Part shown: piece after piece, positions 24,414 through 36,920 of the stretch
Layout: the number at the start of each line of letters is the position of its first letter
How positions within the stretch are numbered: the stretch's first letter is position 1
Origin: Camelus dromedarius
Taxonomy: Eukaryota
Assembly (NCBI RefSeq): GCF_036321535.1
Contig: NC_087437.1
Location: forward strand, 81,904,001-81,968,000
Direction of reading: 5' to 3'
DNA: 64,000 nucleotides
Position numbers and translations under genes: made by a program
The notes under the pieces: generated by a model
The model's input: the letters and a program-made list of their open reading frames with translations, nothing else
Database searches by the model: none
What the model was told of the DNA's origin: nothing

Positions 24414-27400
24414 CCCCTTTTCTCCATCTGCAATCTGTTATTCCTCCGTTTGACAAAGCAACATCTCAATTCTCCTCATAAACAAACAAACAAAAAAACT
24501 AAACATAATAAACAACCAACCTCAGGTAAATTCTACAACTCATGTAGTTATTGTGCTCTTTATTTTCTTTCACTAGGAACTTTTAGGGAGACTACCCTTC
24601 ACCAGCACTTCTCAAAATGAGTTATTACTTTGCTGGTGATATCCTTTTTATTTTTGTTAAAAAGTACAAAAACCACCAAACACACATATATTTTTATTCT
24701 CTTTATTTTACAATATATTTAGCATACCAATCTTCACAAAAGACCACCTGATCCCAAGATATATCACAATCAGTCTACACACTGATGCATGGGCACCATT
24801 CATCAAGCATCCTGTTGAAGTAAGCAACCTTTATGTCTTATCATTTAAATACATTTGGGATATTTGGTTCTTCTTAAAATAAAAATGACTACAATTTCCT
24901 ACCTTGTACCCTCTTATAAAACTCAAAAACATATGAAATAAATTTCAGTATCTTAAAGCAATTAATTCTTCTGTGAATACATTTCTTGCTGTTGACTTTG
25001 GTCTGTATGCAAATTGTTCCTCTTAAGGTCCTATTAATATCAAAGCATTGTGATACAAATTTGTTTTGGGGTCACATGGCTTTAGCCTTCAATGTGCTTC
25101 ATGAATTTATGCAATAGGACTTTAGAAGTGGCCTCTGAAACAAAGCTTTTCTTATGATTATAAAAGAAACTCAGGAGGTTGAAGAGAAATTTCAGACTTA
25201 GTTTTAAAACCACTGGCTAGCTTACTTTCCTGAGACTTATTATCTTACTAGACAACCAATTCCATTTTTGGAACTCTTTAAATATTCAAAAGCAATGTTT
25301 CTCAACATTTTAAAAATAAACTATGACCTCCATTAGGATTTTTCACTCAATTCTCTCTCTACTCCAATTAACCCAAGTCTTACTGAGCTTTAATTTTGAC
25401 AGTTTATGCTTTATAAACAAAAAGACATATCGAACATGCTACTTCTAACTACATATGCCCTGCACTCCCACCCCTATACCATTCTCATGGCAAACCCTTT
25501 AAATATTTATATTTAACAAGATTTATCTTGTTCCCACTAAATCCTTTCTTACAAGAGCAAAATCCTCAGTTTATTTAACTCTGGAATCTTGGTTGTACAA
25601 ATCCCTTATCATTGTGGTCATTTGTTTGTTAATATATCTTTAGGGGATATGGCACCCAGATCTAAATGCATTATTTCATATGTGCATAGGATTAAAGGAC
25701 TATTTCAACTTTTATTCTGTACACTGCACCTTGGGCTGGTATTTGGCAACACAGAATATTCTCAACAAATATCAGCTGTATATAGGATTCTTGATTTTAA
25801 CTTAGTTTCTCAATCAGGAAGGATTCTGAGTAAAAATTAGGTTTTTCTGTTACTACTATACAACTCTTTCCTTTCTACACACTGGGATACTTCCCCCATA
25901 GTGGTTAAAATGGTTGGCCAGAGAGGAGGCTGAGTTTATTTGGCAAAGGTACTCATTCTTTCTAAAATGCACCCAAAGGGGGAAATTCTTGGCAAAGATC
26001 CTCTGAGAATAGAAACCCCTTGGCAGGGTGCAGAATGACTTGCAGTGACCAGTGATAGAGGACAACTGACAACATCAGAAATTTATCAGAAAGTTAATGC
26101 AAGTAATAGAATTTCACAAACCTTCAGAGTTCACAAAAAAGTTATCCAGGGCTCATGAGCTAACGCAGACTAACTGGTGCCTTCTGTTTCTGCTCTGCCA
26201 TTATCTATCAGTAATAAATGGTTTAATCTTAAAAATATATTATGTGGTTTTCATTCCTGGCTCTAGATTACTCGTGGAGAAGACAAAATACAACCTTTAA
26301 TTTGGTTTGACAAGACATCCTACATAATAAATAAATGAATTGCTACTAGTAAAATTGCACTCAAAGAATGCACTTTTGGCTCCAAAACAATCACATTCCA
26401 ATTTTGCTTAAAAAAAAAATCTGCTTAAGCCAATTTGTGATGTACTTTCAAAAATATGGATCAGTTATACCATACCTGAACATTTGGTAGAACTCAGTTT
26501 AACATTACCCTGTGCTTTATACCTGAATACAATACACATATACACACAAACACACACATCCCTTTTACATTCTGATTAACATATCACAGAAATCAAGAGA
26601 TTAAGCAACAAAACAATAAAAGAAAACCTGTTAGGTAACTGATTTACATCATGTTGTATAGGATTTTTTTCCCCTCCTGGCCTTCTTCCAGCCTGTTGTG
26701 ACCAAATCCATCTTCTTACTTCTTTCGGCAAGTTGTGCTACATTCTGAAATTGCTCCACCAGATTGTCTATTCTCCTTTACTTTCATCCTCTGATTTTAC
26801 TTTTCTCAGTAACTAGTATAAAGTCATACGGAATATTAGCTTGAACAGTTGGGAATAGAGATTCTAGGTGACAGTGGGCTGCTTGAATTTCTCTACATCA
26901 ATGCTAGAGAAATCTTTCTTGGCTACTTCATAATTCAGAGAAATTAGAGAAAGATGTCCTTGAGAAATTCTTTTCAAAAGGCTCTAAAGGCAAGTGAGAT
27001 AATTGCTGTAAAAAGGTTTTGAACCCTCTAAAAGGCATTTTTCATAAGTTCACTATTGTGTTTATCAATCCTGATGGACACAGAACAATGAATTCCCTTA
27101 TATTCATAGAGTGGGTAGAAAAGCACAGCTAAAATGGGGGTACTTCAAAGAAGTCTGCCCTACACATTCTTGTTCAGTACTGTGTGCATTACTTTGATGT
27201 AAGTGACTAAAAAATATGCTTAACACAGCTACCTTCAGCTGCAAGCCCACATTACATTGATCTATTTATTTTTTATTGCTGTATAAATTACCGTTTCATA
27301 GGGTTGTGCTGTTCAATTGTCATCACGAATTTTATATGCACATTTTTGAAATACAAGGATCTCTCTATGAAATATTACATATGGCATTAACAGAGTCATA

Positions 27401-28169
27401 CAAGTGAACAGTGGTCTTGTTAGTTCCTGATTAAACAATTCAAAAATAATTTTAAAAATTACCTGAACAAAAATTTGCATTCACTCATAAACACACAGCC
27501 TCAGATTAAAGTGGTGGCTGAGAAATGTATAATGAGCATGACTGGCAAAAGAGATCATGGCACAACAAAGAAAAGGGAAGATGTGAACTTACATATACTA
27601 TCATCAAATAACATATACAAAAGTACATACGTCAAAATATTTCTATGGAGTTCTATCCCAAATTTTTATGTCTACATAGGAATAGAATCTTTCCAACTAG
27701 ACAACAAATATCAAGTAGTACTAGAATAAAATATGGAGAATGAATTTCTCTTATATATCACTGGCCTGAGCACTCACCTCTGACTTCTGATAAAATATGC
27801 AGTGTTCTGGATTCTAGAAAGAATGAAATGTCCACTAAACAAAAGCCTTAATTATCTATGAGGCATTTTAGTACAGCATACTCTATATTCAGATATGAAA
27901 TATATTTCACATATTCTCAGTCAAACACTTTAGTTTCTATGTAACAATCTTCTAATAGTAGCAGGTTCAGAAATATATAGGAATAGCCAGGGCTATTCAG
28001 TTGTCTTTGCAGTAAAAACTGAAGATATCTGTAGCTCTAATTAATTACTGAGTTCACTAAACACTGAAAGAATTTATTAGTTCATATAAATTTACCAAAT
28101 AAGGGGATGAGAGAGCTTCAATTAACCAACTCTAAAGCTGTATTCAGAACTCTTTGTTCTTGTAGTATT

Positions 28170-28610
28170 TTCATTCATTCATCAAATATCTACTGAATGC
28201 CTACGTGATGGGCACTGCTCAAGGTGCTTCATATATATCTTTGTACATCATGAAAAACATTTACAAGAGACAAAAGGGATATGTCACTGAATGAAGAGAT
28301 AAAACCTCTACTTCTATGGAACTGATTTTCTAAGGAGAGAAACAAACAATAATATAATAAGCAAGCAAATGATATTGCAGGTAAGAAGGTATTAAGAATT
28401 GCGGGGAAAAAAGGCAGAGAAGGGCAGTCTAAGAAAGGTCTGGAAGTGTAGGGGTGGATTGATCAGGCTGACCTCACCAAAAAGACCAGCTCTGAGCAAA
28501 GCTGGAGGGAGTCTAGAATGTTAGCTGAGTCGCTCTAAGTGACAGCATTCTAGGCAGAATGTGAACCAATTGGTTCAGAAGTGGGAATACACCTGGCATG
28601 TCTGAGGTTT
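28170..28610 (-). mobile_element. L2 3' fragment
   Basis: tcattcattcatcaaatatctactgaatgcctac...gcattctaggcaga...cctggcatgtctgag. Confidence 0.75.
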
Positions 28611-29099
28611 TTTAAGAGAAGAGAATTCTGATAAAAATATACTGAAGTTAAAAGTCACCATCTATTTTATTTCTAGAAATAGCATCATATCCCACTTATG
28701 CAAATTATAAACATAGGTCTTTATTCACGGAGAAGTATCTAAAGTGAAGCTCACTAAAATCTTATGAGGTTATTTCTGGGTTAGTAGATCTTGGGTGTTT
28801 TTTTTTTTTATCAAATTCTTTCTATTTCTCTATATTGTTTTAGTGTTTTAAACTAATAATCATATTAGATTTACAGAAACAAGACTATTTAACAACTATC
28901 ACAAAGCATAAACTTCTATTTATGTATATTTATAAATGACTAAAAGAGCATATTGTATTTGTCAGAAAAGTACAATACAAAAAAAATTACACTTGGCTTT
29001 GTACATCCCCTCATGTACTCTCACCAATATTTACACCTGTACATGTATGAATAAATATCTGTCCACAATTTTTCCTCCTTTAGGTGAAGATGAGAAAAT

Positions 29100-29530
29100 A
29101 ACATGGACTATAGAATCAGGCAAATCTAGTTTAAACCCCAATTACCACTAAATTGCACAATATTGGACAAGTTATTGAAATACTCTGACTTTTTCACTTG
29201 TAAAGTGTGGATTCATATGTTCATTAAATCTGTATTAAATACCAATTATGTATCATTGAGGGTGCTGGGAATGCTAATGGGAATGGCTGGAGAGATAGAA
29301 CACACACACAAGGAACTGAAGAAACATCCAAAGTCTGTGACAGATACAGGTGCCATAGAAGCCTGGATGGAGGAAGGAGGGTTTGACATTTCCTAAATCA
29401 TTCAAGGAAGGCTTCACTGAAGAGGTAACTTTCAAGCTTAGTCCTGAGGATTAAGTAGGAGTTTGAGGCTAGAGGCAGAGTTAGGGTTGGGGCAGCAGAG
29501 GCAGCATGGTTAAATGTACGGAGGTGTGAA
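29100..29530. mobile_element. MIR (+, ~29100-29215) followed by L2 3' fragment (-)
   Basis: tagaatcaggcaaatctagtttaaaccc...ggacaagtta; then ttcattaaatc...caaggaaggcttcactgaagaggtaac. Confidence 0.65.
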
Positions 29531-29929
29531 AGGACTAGGGTCAGGTGTCAAAAACTACAAGTACCACAAACCAGCACAGGGTGCTTGTGAGGCTCACCAA
29601 AGCAAAGCATGGGACAATGCTTTGACAGTGTGAGGAGTCTGTACCCACACAAATGCAAGAGGTCATTTGTTCTCAACCCTGGGGTCCTCTCTGTCTCCTC
29701 CCTCACCCTTATATCTCCATAGCAAGCCCAGTATCTTTGTGTTCTCACTGTTTTGGCAAAGCTCATACCTTCATTATGCTTTATTTGGTTGGAAGGGTCA
29801 CAACTGTCCAGCAAACATAGTACTTACTTCACCAGTATTGAATGCTTTCAACTACGTGTTGGAAGCTAGAGACCTTGGAAATGTCACTTACTCTCTCATG
29901 CCACTTGTAACTAAAAATGCAGAAACAGT

Positions 29930-30430
29930 AACAGTGCCAGGCAGGGTGTGAACACTACAAATATATTGTTCCATTTGAGTCTTACAACAATCTTATGAGA
30001 ATAGTACTACAACATCCCCAATCCCTCATCCATAATTCTCAGATATAAAAAGCAATGAAAGCCAGCAATTCTTCGTAAATCTGTAACAGATTTATTTAGA
30101 TAAAATTTGAACTGAATGCATATAAGGGTATGTATCATTTTTATTCCACTTATAAATTCCCATAAGTCTGCTGTGGAAATACAAATATGCTGGTTATGAG
30201 GTACTGCTTGAGACCTTTTTGGGGAAATTATCTAACATCTAATACTATATGATATAATCTTTTTAAAAAATTCTGAATTTCAAAACATCTGATGCATGAG
30301 TTTCAGATATCATGCATAAGCAAGCTGAGACACAGAGAGGTTAAGTAACTTGTCCAAAATCATACAGCTAGGATTTAGCAGACCCAAGTCTCAAACCCAG
30401 GCAATTTGTCCCTAGCTCCTAGACTCTAAC
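29930..30430 (-). mobile_element. MIR split by a MER46C insertion
   Basis: tcttacaacaatcttatgaga...[insert]...gctgagacacagagaggttaagtaacttgtccaaaatcatacagctag...tcaaacccaggc. Confidence 0.8.
30015..30318 (-). mobile_element. MER46C-like TcMar-Tigger element
   Basis: caatccctcatccataattc...ttttattccactta...gctgtggaaata...aaaaattctgaatttcaaaacatctg...gtttcagata, as recalled for MER46C. Confidence 0.7.
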
Positions 30431-30589
30431 TTTTTAGCTAAACTTGCTCTGAGTGACCAATAAACTCCAAAGCCTTCCAAAGGCAGCTATAAAGTAGTGT
30501 AAGTCTCACTTTGCTATCCTTACTGCTTCGTCTGATGTCAGCTTCTCATCACCTCTATGACATAGTCTCTGCTTTCCAACTTGTAAGTA

Positions 30590-30920
30590 ATCTTTGATCA
30601 GAATTCCGTTTCCTCCAATACTGCTTTAATACTTCCTTCACATCCTTTCAGGTCCAACTTCCAATGCCAAGTTCTTCAGGATAATGTTCCGGATTCCCTC
30701 AACCAAAAATGAGTTTACTACCTTACCCTTTATAATACTTTGTGTTTGTTTTTCTCAGGCACTAGACAAATTCAACCTCATATTATAGCTATTGGTGAAT
30801 TTGTCTTCCAACTAAACTACGGCCTCTTTCAGGGCTAGGAGGGACCAAGTCTCATTCATCTTAATGTCCCCACAGCAGTAGTGCTATGGAAATCATCATT
30901 GTTCCATTAACATTAATTGC
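30590..30920 (+). mobile_element. L2 3' fragment
   Basis: catcctttcaggtccaactt...caactaaactac...ctcattcatctt...tccccacagc. Confidence 0.6.
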
Positions 30921-31969
30921 AAGAATTAAAAAGCCAATAATATTTTAATTAATTAGTTTTGTATTGATGTGTATAGGTGATGTTTTAACACATCCAATGA
31001 CAGGCTTAATCTTTCCCTTTTTAAAACATTACCATCTTCAAGTGGAATTTTCATGAAGAAAGAATTTTCTCCTGTTTCCCATGAGACTGAGCTTAAAAAC
31101 AAAAACAGGGAAAGAAAAAACAAACCATTTCTGCTTATGAACAACTCAACTGACTCTAATGTTAGCTCATTATCTTGAACTTTAGTTCCCACACAGAAAT
31201 TATCCTATTAGAAAAGAGAACATGATATAACATCATTAGAATCTTTCCATTCTGATGAATTTGGTTAGTAGAGGGAATTATTGAAGGGGATATTGTATAT
31301 TTACATACTACTCTGAGTAAACAAATTGTAAATGCTTTACTATAAAGAATTTATTTCTAACATTTTCCAGAGGTAGGGCTTGAAAAAATGTTTTCTTTTG
31401 AAAAGTCCATTTCTTATTTTATGTAAAGGATGACTGTAGGTGGAATTATGAGAGGCTTCAAAATGGAATATTAATCTTAAAGAGGTCCAGCTGACATAAT
31501 AATTTGCACAAGGAAATTCTGGCTTATTTTTATTTTTCTTGCAAATTAAAGGTATTTTTTTATGTTAATAATGTATATTTGAATATTATGTGCTTTAAAC
31601 TGATTTTCTAGTGATGGTAATGAATTTCTCTTCTTCCATCCACATTTGTAAATGACTAGCTAGGATCAGGCCATCAAACAAAGTAAGTTAACTGTTTCAC
31701 AAAGAACCCCACCCAACAGTTCTGATCTCAGCAGTGTCATGCTCCAATCAGAAGATTCCATTCTATTATTTTTCTGATAAAATCTGAAAGTTAAATAAGC
31801 TTAGTTAAAATATTATGCTATTTGTGATGTGAATTTTAGGATTTCTATGCTAAAATCAACTATTTCATGTTGTCATTGAAATGTATTTCATGGAGACACC
31901 AAAGAATTTCATTTCTTTTAAGGGTAAAATCCCATTGAAAACAAATCATACAGGTATATTTACTATCTT

Positions 31970-32365
31970 CTTTTGACATCTCTCATACTAAATCCATCTA
32001 CTTCCTGACTCCACTTCTACTGCTTATAGACTGTCATCATATCATGCTGAACCACTGGAATATACCTTTAATTTGCTTCCCTTGCCCTGGATCTAATTCT
32101 TTATTGTCCTAAATCATCCTCCACTTAGCTGCTAGAATGACCTTTCCAAAATGTGAAGAAGCCATTAATACTATTTCCTTGTTTAAACCTCTTCCCTGGC
32201 CTCCCACTATCTTAGGGATGGTCAGCTGCATTGTGTGGCATACTTTCTTTTCACGCTATACTGCCTACCTGCTCATCTAGCCTATGTTCCTTATTATGAA
32301 ACTGTACAGTTCACACTAGGTTGCTTTACCCCTGAATGCCAGTGCTCACGCTGTTTTCTCTATCC
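31970..32365 (+). mobile_element. L2 fragment
   Basis: atcctccac...gctagaatgacctttccaaaatg...ttccttgtttaaacctcttccctggcctccca. Confidence 0.7.
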
Positions 32366-32643
32366 AGAAGACAAGAAATAGCGGCAAATCTCAACATTTA
32401 ACTATCTCTCTTGGCATTTCTTGACTGGGGTTGGTTGATGTGGAGCGTCTGGTAAACATTTAATCTCAAATCAAGAGGTCCAGTCTCTGGCTACCCTGGA
32501 CTCAGGTTGTCATTGTCATGCCAACTTCAGCTGGTCCCACCTCATCTGAAAACTCATCAGGATAACTTTTGTTATGTTCTTAAGCTAAACATTTAATTAG
32601 AAAATGACTTTTAGGAGAAGCCCACCAGAAATAATAGATTCTA

Positions 32644-32732
32644 GAGAGGGTATAACTCAGTGGTAGAGAGCATGCTTAGCATGCATGAGATCCTAGGTTC
32701 AATCCCCAGTACCACCACTTAAAAAAAAAAAA
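32644..32732 (+). mobile_element. tRNA-Ala-derived camelid SINE (vic-1 type), short form
   Basis: gagggtataactcagtggtagagagcatgcttagcatgcatgagatcctaggttcaatccccagtacc + A13; 17-bp TSD agaaataatagat(t/c)cta at 32627 and 32733. Confidence 0.92.
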
Positions 32733-34189
32733 AGAAATAATAGATCCTATATAAACTGCTGTTGTCTAAAACTAACTCAGGTTTTAGTATTTAGCACAAG
32801 TAATCCTAAACCACTCTATGGTAACAAATCACACAATCATAAAAATACTCAATTTAAAAAAATTAATTTAACAAAGTTTCACAATACACCTAGGTTTCTT
32901 TATCATTATTTGGAGAAAAATTTCAGCAAAAATTTCCTATAGAAAATGTTGGTCAACAAAGAGGTATTCTCTACAGGGGAAAGAAAATGTCAAATTACGA
33001 ATGAAGTTTCTTAAAAATGTGTAGAGTATCTTCAACTTGTGCTGTATATACCAAATAATAAGGGACAGTCTTTGAAAGAAATTTGGTTTCTCTAAGTACA
33101 TATTCATCTTTAACATTATCATCTAACCCATATGAACTTCAAGCTTATAAATCCAGTTTCCTAAGATTTCAAATGTGCTTTACACAAAATATAGTTTTCT
33201 ACAAAAGTGTCCATTTTTGACTACTCTGTGATGTTTTATATTGAATATAAACTACCAGTTGATTTTCAAAATGAAGATGTTTTGAACTACAAAGAGAATA
33301 TGTGACAGCATTAGATACAGTGTGGTTTCCCCTTCTTTCCATTCGACCATGTTTAGCAAAAATAAAACTGATAGGCATATTTCTAAAGTCCTTTCAAGTC
33401 CCAGTCATCCACAGTTTGATTTAATATGATTCTCAGTGACTTGGTTTTTCTGAAATGCTGCTTGACTTTTTTTTTTAAAAGCACTTTCCTTAATTTCTTC
33501 CTTCTAGAAGTATTTTCCATTAAAAAAAGCCCAAACCCAAAACTATAACCATTAAAATCAAATAATATTCCTTAGGGACTTTTCTTCCACTGCAAAGATT
33601 TTGACTGTCACTTAATAAGCACACACAATGCCTCAACTGTGAGCACCAAGACCCATGACCTGGGCAAAATATGCCTACAAGTAAAGGAACATGTCTTAAG
33701 CTACTTAATTTTCCAGTCCTTGACGCTCAATGCCTCTGGCACCTAGTGAATGTTCAGTGAGAATATGTTCAATGAAGAAGGAGTGAAAACATCCACAGTA
33801 GCAAGCTGAGGTAGTGGAATGAATAAGACTCTGTTGATACATACAATATCTTAAATTTACTCAGAAAAAAAGGAAAAAGAACAGACCAAAACCCAGCTGC
33901 TTTCAACTATTATGCTGCAGTCATTTGGCCTTTACTTTCCAACCCCTAAAGCATAAAATAAAATTAAAAAATTAACTTATTAGGTCTTACTGCATCCAGA
34001 AGGATAATTAACACAATTACCACCGAATATACAAGTGGAAAAAAGGAAATATAGCTAGAAAAAAGAGAGAAATTGAGAGACAGAGACAGAGAGAAAGAGA
34101 GAGAGACACAAACATAACATTGAGTGTAGGAAAATGAAATTAAATTTCATACTGAATTCAGACTTCCTCTTTAACATTCTGCTTACCAG

Positions 34190-34445
34190 TATAGTTCACA
34201 GCTAATGGTTTGAAACCCACACTCTGCAACCAGCCTGCCTAAGTCTGAATCCTGGGCCTGCTTTTTCCTAGCTGTGTTCTCTCACATATACCATGTGTCC
34301 GTTTCCCTCATCTGATAATAGGGATGACAACAGTACTGACTTCATAGGGTTGATACAAAGATTAAATTAAATAATATATATGTAAAATGCTTATAAAAGT
34401 ATGTGACTCACTGTAAATTCTATTTAAGTGTTTGCCAATATTATT
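34190..34445 (+). mobile_element. MIR
   Basis: tctgaatcctggg...gtttccctcatctg...gggatgacaacagtactgacttcatagggttg...gattaaatta. Confidence 0.8.
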
Positions 34446-35439
34446 ATTTTTTCCACCAAATCAGTGAAAATTAAATTTATCTCGGGGGCTACGGTGGGGG
34501 TACGCATATTTTGGCAATGGAATTATTTCTTGAAAACCAAATATTGTGAGGACCCCCAATGAAGAAACAGATAAAAGCAGTTTTAATTTAAGAAAATATC
34601 TCCTACATTTAAATGTATGATGTAGTTTTAGGTTAATTAGTGTTTACAACAAGGACATATTGACATGAAAATGTATGATTTGGGAGATGACAGTTACATA
34701 CTTTAATTATCCTCAACCTCCAGCATACTTATTTCTGTATTTCATTTTAGTTGCACAGTGTCAAGAAAATTTTGATTTACACAGGTAAGTAGTTTCAAAA
34801 GGTTTTTTGTTTTTAAGTCTTCAAATGAAATCTATCCAAAGACTTGAAACAGGAACAGCAAGATATTTGAATTATTAGAAATATTCTAAAACTACTTACA
34901 TTCCTTATAATAAATCAAGAAAAAACCAATATGTGCCATAACAAAGTCATGATGCAGCATATGGTTTATTCACTTGTTCCTGCCTAACTAACTGGTGTGC
35001 AGAGAAGACAGGTGTCATTGACACTGCTTGGCATTTAACTGACTGCTATGTATATATGCTTGCAATACTGAACCCTGCTTTTGCAATTTTACATGTGTAG
35101 ACAGGCACAGGGCTGAATTGGGATATGCAGAGCCACACCCTTCTTTATCAATGCCATGGGTACTAGAAGTTCAAAGACAGTGTGAAGTGGCAGCAGATTT
35201 CATGAGGTCTGAAAAAAACAGTTAACAGAGCAACATAGTTATTTAAGTTGGTAGTTCTCCAATGTAACTCTGGTATATAAGACATTGTAGTGTGATTTAT
35301 TTTATGACAATTTTTAGACAGTTAAAATGTTTATAAAATAAAATTTGAATCACATGTTCGTAGAACTCCTAAAGCACATCTGTAGAACAATTTAAAAACC
35401 ACTGGGCTAGAATTCTGATTATACCTAGCATATAGAAAG

Positions 35440-36135
35440 CTGGAGAGAGTATCACACTCATCCTAAAAAGAAGAAAAAGTAGAATAAAATACAGAAACAT
35501 TAATTGAGTACAGAGAGCTTAGGTCACAGGGTAAACATCCTGAAATCCAAGAAGGGACAGGTTCCTCCAAGGAAATCTGGAACTTGTAGACTGGCTCACT
35601 TGTGGTAGAACACAGAGCAAGAGACATTAGGCACTACAAACAGTTTGGAAGAATTCAGCTAAATATTTAAGAAATTGCTAAAGGACAATTATAACCTAGA
35701 GTGAAAGTACAGGACTCCTGGAAGCTGCAATCACAGGGGCATTCAAACTCACTCTCTACTAGGTACTCATGAGAAAGATGGGGGCAGGGTGGGAAATCAG
35801 AGAAAATCTCTAAACAGGAGAGAACAAGACAGAAGAAAATGGTCAAAAATTTTCCAAAAATAATTAAAGACATTAAACCACAGGTCCAATAAACCTAGGG
35901 AACTCTGAGTAGGATAATAAACAACAAATATAAAATAAATAAATAACAACTACAAAATCATATATTCAAACCACTGAAAATCAAAAATAAAGAAGAAATC
36001 TTGAAGGCAGCCAGAAGAGATGAAGAAAAGATAGTATACAGGGGGAGACAAAGATAAGAATTGTAGCAAGCTTCTTGCCACAAACTATGTAAGACATAAG
36101 ACAATCAAGTGATATCTTAAAGAGCTGAAAGAAAA
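35440..36135 (+). mobile_element. Ancient L1 fragment: 5' region plus decayed ORF1 segment
   Basis: gaaaatggtcaaaaattttccaaaa...aaaatcaaaaataaagaagaaatcttgaaggcagccaga...aaagataagaattgtagca...gctgaaagaaaa, typical L1 ORF1 C-terminal region with frameshifts. Confidence 0.8.
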
Positions 36136-36559
36136 TCATTGGGCTGAGACTGTTCTTGCAGTCAAGCCTAGATCCAGCAAGAATAATCTGGATTACCTGA
36201 GAAATTACTGTTCTCAAGTTCATGGTGTCTATATATTTGTTTGGGGCATGGCATGTTTACTGAAAACATCCAATAAACAGACAATACCACATTACCATCC
36301 AATTCTATTCTATACGCATAATTTCTGTATAATTATTATTTAGTCACAAGCTGGAATGCGTAGTGTATGTAGGTCATAGTATCTTTTTACTCCCCTATAA
36401 CAGCAGCACACACTTATACAGCCTTACTATACTCTATTTTCTAAGTGCTCTATACCTATTAAAAGAAACACTGTATTACTGTTTGCTTGCTAGCCCAGGA
36501 AAATACGCAATAACGTATGCTATTGATTTTCTGAAACTTTCTTTCTACAATTCACTGCG

Positions 36560-36920
36560 TATTTGACTTCCACATCTTAGTAAGAATGTCACTTTTGGAA
36601 TGACTTTGATACTCAGGATTGCTGAAATGTCTCCTTCCCTAGGTTACACTATATAAAACAGAACTCTCTTCTTCCTCCAAGTCTCCTGGTACGGCAGTCA
36701 CTTTCTATCTGCTTACCCCACTTAATTTTTTTCATAGAACTATTACATGACATACAACATTTTATTTGTCTGTCCACTGTTAGTCTCCTGTGCTAGAATG
36801 TATGGCAGTAAGGAGTTTGTCTCTCTTGGTCATTCACTGCTATATTTCCAGCACTTAGAATAGTTCCTGGAACCAGATGGAGTTCATTATGTATCTGATG
36901 AATAGATGTGCAAATGAATG
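36560..36920 (+). mobile_element. L2 3' end
   Basis: ctagaatgt...cactgctatatttccagcacttagaatagttcctggaac...gatgaatagatg tail. Confidence 0.8.

Noticed and set aside
30950..31190. Possible minus-strand L3 fragment, and possible hAT-Charlie remnants near 20640, 25310, 34460-34590 and 35330-35405
   Set aside because: Similarity too faint to assign without an HMM search
32644..32718. tRNA-Ala(AGC) gene (also 53177-53253 and 54446-54515)
   Set aside because: Poly(A) tails, TSDs and stem-disrupting substitutions or deletions show these are SINE retrocopies, not functional tRNAs
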